Part shown: positions 59,778 through 64,000 of the stretch, in pieces
How positions within the stretch are numbered: position 1 is the stretch's first letter
How the letters are laid out: the number at the start of each line of letters is the position of its first letter
Assembly: GCA_001820175.1 (NCBI GenBank)
Contig: MHOT01000010.1
Coordinates: forward strand, 8,578 to 72,577
Direction: 5' to 3'
DNA from: Candidatus Staskawiczbacteria bacterium RIFCSPHIGHO2_02_FULL_42_22
GTDB lineage: Bacteria > Patescibacteriota > Minisyncoccia > Minisyncoccales > Staskawiczbacteraceae
Length of the DNA: 64,000 nucleotides
Position numbers and translations under genes: made by a program
The notes under the pieces: model-generated
Seen by the model: only the letters and a program-made list of their open reading frames with translations
The model's database searches: none
What the model was told of the DNA's origin: nothing

Positions 59778-61043
59778 GAAATTCGAAAGATTTTCCAAAA
59801 ATTTGAAAATCTTTTCGTTAAATATCGCACCTTTACTATACTCCTTTAACTGATTGATGTCAATTTTCGCCAATTGTTCTTGGGTGTAATTTTTTATGAG
59901 TTTTGGCAGATCTTGGGCTATTTCCTCTTGGGTTACTTCAATATGTTCGGCTTTGCCAATTTGGCGCAATACCAAGAAGTTTTTAATCCTTTTTTCCGCT
60001 TCCAGACGATACGATTTTTTAATTTCTTCCTCGGTTTTTTTTACCTGGGCCAAATATTCTTCAAAGGGAATTTTAAATTGGCTTTGCACCTGTTGTTTCA
60101 ATTCTTCAAATAGCCGCGCCTCTTCAAAATCCACCATTTTTTGCGGAATATCAAATGTAATTTGGCTAGAAATCTTTTCCAACATTTCACCCCGAACACG
60201 CTGTTTTTCTGTTTCTTTTTTCTCCAACGCTATGCCTTCTTTTAAGTTTTCCTTTAAAGCAACCAAGGTATCGAATGCCCCCAACGCCTTGGCGAATTCA
60301 TCATTTAATTCGGCTAATTCCATCTTTTGCACCGATAGCATTTTTACCTTAAAGTTTCCTTCCTTTCCACCTAAATTATTTGGGGTATTTTCGGGGAATT
60401 TAGCCATGAAGTCCTTTTGATCACCGGCTTTCATACCCAAAATGTTATTTTCAAAATCCGGTAAAAATCCGGCTTCACCTAAAATAAAGCGATCTTTAAT
60501 AACTTTACCGCCATTAATGTGTTCGTTTTGGTATTCAATTTCCACAAAATCCTTATCTTCAGCACCGCGCAGAACTTCTGAAAACTTCGCGCGGCTTTTT
60601 TGCAAATAATCCAAGGTGTCTTGCAGTTCTTTTTGGTCAACCGAAATTTCTTTACTCTTCACCTTGCCGGCAATTCCTTTGTAATCGGGTAACTTAATAT
60701 CCGGCAGCACCGTCACCTTCACGGTAAACAAAAATTCACTGCCTTTTGCTATCTTTTTAATTTGCACTTCCGGATCGCCAATGGGTTCTAGTTTTTGCTC
60801 TTCAATAAATGCGGGGTAAACAGCTTTTACGGCAATATCTCCGGCTTCCATGAGCACATTTTCTTTGCCAATTCTTTCTTCCACCATATTAGCTGGCACG
60901 TGTCCCTTGCGAAATCCATCCATTTTTACATGGTCCTTTAAATGCAGCAATGCCTTCTCAAAATGCTTAGCAAACTCTTCGGCCGTTAATTCAAATTCAA
61001 TCCCAATTTCCGAATTCTTAAGTTTTTTTAGTTCAGTTTTCAT
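59775..61043 (-). CDS. tig: Trigger factor
   Basis: N-terminal ribosome-binding GFRKGHVP motif, FKBP-like middle domain, C-terminal arm. Confidence 0.9.
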   Translation of the reverse strand: MKTELKKLKNSEIGIEFELTAEEFAKHFEKALLHLKDHVKMDGFRKGHVPANMVEERIGKENVLMEAGDIAVKAVYPAFIEEQKLEPIGDPEVQIKKIAKGSEFLFTVKVTVLPDIKLPDYKGIAGKVKSKEISVDQKELQDTLDYLQKSRAKFSEVLRGAEDKDFVEIEYQNEHINGGKVIKDRFILGEAGFLPDFENNILGMKAGDQKDFMAKFPENTPNNLGGKEGNFKVKMLSVQKMELAELNDEFAKALGAFDTLVALKENLKEGIALEKKETEKQRVRGEMLEKISSQITFDIPQKMVDFEEARLFEELKQQVQSQFKIPFEEYLAQVKKTEEEIKKSYRLEAEKRIKNFLVLRQIGKAEHIEVTQEEIAQDLPKLIKNYTQEQLAKIDINQLKEYSKGAIFNEKIFKFLENLSNF

Positions 61044-61091
61044 ATAAAAGTAAAACTCAGATAAATCTGAGGCATGAATAATTATTGCTAA

Positions 61092-61454
61092 CTATTTCTT
61101 TAAAGAAACGATACTTGCGGGAAAATTAATTGTCAGAATATAGCCAAATTTTTTCAATAATCCAACTCCAATAATAGGCATTCCATCACTAATGAGAACT
61201 TCCATCGTTTTTTGAGTGCCTTCCATGGAAACCAAAGCTAGTCCCGCAGCCATATCCACCATTTTTTCGTCAGCTAAAGTTACCGGTTCAGTATGGGTAA
61301 CCTGAACGCCTAGTTCGTTAGCTTCTTTTTGAGATATCTTCAACTCTCCTGTAAAGCCGGTATCTATTAACGCGGTAACATCTTGAGTTTTTGACTTCCA
61401 ACCTATGGTCAAGGATACTAGGGGCCTATTATTGTAAACTGCTCCATGAATCAT
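61092..61454 (-). CDS. Retropepsin-like aspartyl protease
   Basis: ALIDTGFTG (D-T-G active-site motif), IIGVGLL flap-like motif, 120 aa. Confidence 0.65.
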   Translation of the reverse strand: MIHGAVYNNRPLVSLTIGWKSKTQDVTALIDTGFTGELKISQKEANELGVQVTHTEPVTLADEKMVDMAAGLALVSMEGTQKTMEVLISDGMPIIGVGLLKKFGYILTINFPASIVSLKK

Positions 61455-61723
61455 ACATTATCTCTCTTTAATCTAGAAAAAATTTCGTTCACAGAAAAGC
61501 CAATTTTTACCACATAAAAAACTTTGCGGGGATATTTCTTTTTTGCGGTTTCCACGGCCTCGACACTTGAGTCCGCCAAAAAAACATCTTTGCTATCAAC
61601 CTCTATGGCCAAAAACTTACCATTATATTGTGGTTGATATTTAGATTTTATCTTTTTGTATATCCTCTTCCCCTTATCGGCGATTTTCCCTATATCAACA
61701 GTTTTTACTAAATTTTCTTCCAT
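61451..61723 (-). CDS. DUF5678-like small protein
   Basis: YNGKFLAIEVDSKDVFLADSSVEAVETAKKKYPRKVFYVVKIG; ATGA overlap with the protease gene. Confidence 0.45.
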   Translation of the reverse strand: MEENLVKTVDIGKIADKGKRIYKKIKSKYQPQYNGKFLAIEVDSKDVFLADSSVEAVETAKKKYPRKVFYVVKIGFSVNEIFSRLKRDNV

Positions 61724-61732
61724 AATTATTTT

Positions 61733-61870
61733 CTAAATTAATTGAGTTTTCGATTTTTCAAATTCCTTGAGAATGGAAAATTCTTTCGCATTCCAACGAT
61801 TATCCCCACCCATTTTATGGGGTTTGCATAAGGGACAACTTCTTTTTTTATGTTTTAATCTTTTACGCAT
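61733..61870 (-). CDS. Possible 45-aa basic protein with CPLCKPHK motif
   Basis: Hand translation MRKRLKHKKRSCPLCKPHKMGGDNRWNAKEFSILKEFEKSKTQLI*; below the ORF-track cutoff; 9 nt upstream of the next gene. Confidence 0.3.
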   Translation of the reverse strand: MRKRLKHKKRSCPLCKPHKMGGDNRWNAKEFSILKEFEKSKTQLI

Positions 61871-62182
61871 GACTAATTTAATAGTATAACTTACGACGTT
61901 AAAAATCAAACTTAATTACCATTAGACCTGTTTTTGCCTTATCTTTTTTGGGCACTCAGATCATTTTCCCGACGTCGGGAAAATGATAATTTATATCGTT
62001 TTGTTGGCGTCGGCAAAACGATTAAGGGCGTGGCACAATCCTCAAAATTTTTATGTAATTTGACGATTATTTCCTTGTCCATACATTTTAGCCAACTATT
62101 TTAAAATGGTGGCTGTCCCCCATTTACCATTTACTTGTCCCCATTTACTCCATTTACTCGACTTCATTTTCCTTTTAATCTT

Positions 62183-62605
62183 TTATTTTTGTTTAACTGG
62201 AAATCTTTTAGCTAACCAAAAACCAAGCAAAACACAGAGAATGCCAAATATAAAAGTAAAAATTAGAGAAACTACTGCAATCTGCCAATTCTCAGATAAA
62301 CGATAAAACCAGTTTGCAATAACTTCAAATAGCCATGAACAAAGTGAGAATATTTCTTTCCGATATATAATGACAAGCAATAGAGCGTAGAATTCAAAAA
62401 TTAAAAAAATAATTCTATTAATAGTCCTTAGTAAATATTTAAATGTATTATCAATCCAATCAAAGCGGTCCCCAACTCTACTTGTAAATGTTTCCATAAT
62501 GCTAACCATTTCACTAGTTACTTCAACGTGCTTCCCCGTCGCCTCAATAGTTGTTTCAGCGGCTTTTTCTAGTATTTTTATTCTTTCTTCGTAACTATTT
62601 TCCAT
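62183..62605 (-). CDS. Hypothetical membrane protein
   Basis: 140 aa, soluble N-terminus followed by 3 TM segments. Confidence 0.45.
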   Translation of the reverse strand: MENSYEERIKILEKAAETTIEATGKHVEVTSEMVSIMETFTSRVGDRFDWIDNTFKYLLRTINRIIFLIFEFYALLLVIIYRKEIFSLCSWLFEVIANWFYRLSENWQIAVVSLIFTFIFGILCVLLGFWLAKRFPVKQK

Positions 62606-62609
62606 AAAT

Positions 62610-62954
62610 TTACCAACTTAATATCTTTATAATCGCCATAATCCAAATAATAAAATTTCCTGTAGCAGCTATATAAAACTTAACTTGTTCTTTTTTTAAA
62701 ATTTTATTTGCTTCTTGAATATCATCTGAATCCATTGAGTTATCCTTCCCTTCAGAGATTTTCCCGTACATAAAAAATATTTGTTTCGCACTATTAAGAG
62801 CGACACCTGCAAATCCCTGATTAACGCTAGACCAAATTATAACCAATACAGCCACAACAACAATTTCAAAGTAGCCATCGAATTGATTCATTAAACCTAT
62901 TGAGAAAAGGACAGAAACTATTGTCCAAATAATTGTGCCAATATATTTCACCAT
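62610..62954 (-). CDS. Hypothetical membrane protein
   Basis: 114 aa, 3 TM segments. Confidence 0.45.
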   Translation of the reverse strand: MVKYIGTIIWTIVSVLFSIGLMNQFDGYFEIVVVAVLVIIWSSVNQGFAGVALNSAKQIFFMYGKISEGKDNSMDSDDIQEANKILKKEQVKFYIAATGNFIIWIMAIIKILSW

Positions 62955-62997
62955 ATTAAGTTAAGCGGCGGGCGAGAGCCCGCCGCAGAAATAATTA

Positions 62998-64000
62998 CTA
63001 GACTAAGAACGTGACAATAAGCAGGGCGACAATATTCAACACTTTAATCATCGGGTTAATGGCTGGGCCGGCGGTGTCTTTGTATGGGTCTCCCACGGTA
63101 TCTCCTGTAACCGCTGCCTGGTGCGTGAAACTGCCCTTCCCGCCGTGGTTGCCTTCTTCAATGTACTTTTTAGCATTATCCCAAGCAGCTCCTCCCGTGG
63201 TCATAGAAATGCCTACAAACAGGCCCGTAACCGTGGCTCCAATTAATAGCCCCCCGAGCGCTTCAACCCCCAAAAAGAGGCCCACTAAAATGGGTGCGGC
63301 CACGGGAATTAACGCCGGAACCATCATTTCTTTAATGGCGGCCTTGGTTACAATATCAACGCATTTTCCGTATTCTGGTTTTGCGGTGCCCTCCATTAAA
63401 CCGGTAATCGTTTTAAATTGTCGGCGCACTTCTTCCACTACTTTGCCAGCCGTTTTTCCTACCGCGCCCATTAAAAAGCTGGCAAATAAATAGGGGAGCA
63501 GTCCTCCGATCAACAACCCCGCAACTACTTTAGGATCAGATAAAATAAAGGTTGCGACGCTACCTGATATATTGGTAACTTCTTGAGTATAAGCAGAAAA
63601 TAATACCAATGCCGCCAATCCCGCCGAAGCAATGGCATACCCTTTCGTTACGGCTTTAGTGGTATTACCAACCGCATCCAATGCATCGGTAATTTTTCTG
63701 ACCTCTTCTGGCATACCGGACATTTCGGCAATTCCACCGGCATTATCGGTAATGGGCCCGTAGGCGTCAACTCCTACAACAATACCCGAAATTGACAACA
63801 TGGATACAACAGCAAGCGCTACGCCATAAATTCCTGCCAGCCAAAAACTGATAATCGTGCCAAAAGCAATTAATAAAATAGGAAAGGCCGTGGATTGCAT
63901 GCCAAGTCCAATGCCGCGGATAATATTAGTGGCGTGCCCCGTTTCAGAGGCCTTGGCAATTGACCGCACCGGCATATACTTTTTTGAGGTGTAGTATTCG
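62998..64000 (-). CDS. hppA: Membrane-bound proton/sodium-translocating pyrophosphatase, C-terminal part (N-terminus outside the window)
   Basis: [34 protein letters not shown]; the reading frame continues past 63975 to the window edge. Confidence 0.9.
   Translation of the reverse strand, partial: EYYTSKKYMPVRSIAKASETGHATNIIRGIGLGMQSTAFPILLIAFGTIISFWLAGIYGVALAVVSMLSISGIVVGVDAYGPITDNAGGIAEMSGMPEEVRKITDALDAVGNTTKAVTKGYAIASAGLAALVLFSAYTQEVTNISGSVATFILSDPKVVAGLLIGGLLPYLFASFLMGAVGKTAGKVVEEVRRQFKTITGLMEGTAKPEYGKCVDIVTKAAIKEMMVPALIPVAAPILVGLFLGVEALGGLLIGATVTGLFVGISMTTGGAAWDNAKKYIEEGNHGGKGSFTHQAAVTGDTVGDPYKDTAGPAINPMIKVLNIVALLIVTFLV

Noticed and set aside
61923-62100. Possible ninth TAGACCT MITE starting at 61923
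   Set aside because: Only one terminal repeat is present and no matching caggtcta end was found. It contains two local hairpins but cannot be delimited, so it is treated as a solo end.
1-64000. rRNA genes, CRISPR arrays, prophage structural genes and integrase genes
   Set aside because: I recognised no rRNA-like conserved strings, no repeat-spacer arrays, and no capsid, terminase or tyrosine/serine recombinase motifs in any tracked ORF.

Overview
Gene-dense 64-kb bacterial window with three compositional layers. Hand counts on sample 60-120 nt stretches give about 27-32% GC in some cassettes, 42-50% GC in housekeeping genes and 55-58% GC in a set of orphan ORFs. Housekeeping content: rpsA, ftsH, a MutY-like glycosylase, an RluA-family pseudouridine synthase, rplS, a P-type ATPase, an AI-2E transporter, rbfA, a short infB, a type IV pilus block (pilB, pilC, three pilin-like genes, a PilX-like gene, pilM/N/O), an HtrA protease, a spermidine-synthase fusion, rny, clpP, tig, partial hppA, and 15 tRNAs that I folded by hand. 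I saw no rRNA and no CRISPR array. The gene set (short IF-2, pilus genes without secretin, free-standing LAGLIDADG genes, little metabolism) suggests a Patescibacteria/CPR-type genome; that is inference. The window is unusually rich in accessory and selfish DNA. (1) All five homing-endonuclease-type ORFs end within 11 nt of, or inside, the 5' end of a co-oriented tRNA. (2) A low-GC GHKL-ATPase plus STAS-like (DUF4325-like) two-gene cassette is bracketed by about 150-bp direct repeats copied from the rpsA 3' end. (3) A single-ORF element has 175-bp terminal inverted repeats. (4) At least eight TAGACCT-ended MITEs are present, some nested or chimeric. (5) An IS66-family IS has an 8-bp target duplication. 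(6) There is a GTCATTGCGAG nested-palindrome repeat family. (7) There is a family of long intergenic word-stutter hairpins that also encode pilin leader peptides. (8) Short repeats are inserted in frame in rpsA, the MutY-like gene, rluA and rbfA. All coordinates of non-ORF features are hand-derived and may be off by a few nt. No database search or folding program was run.
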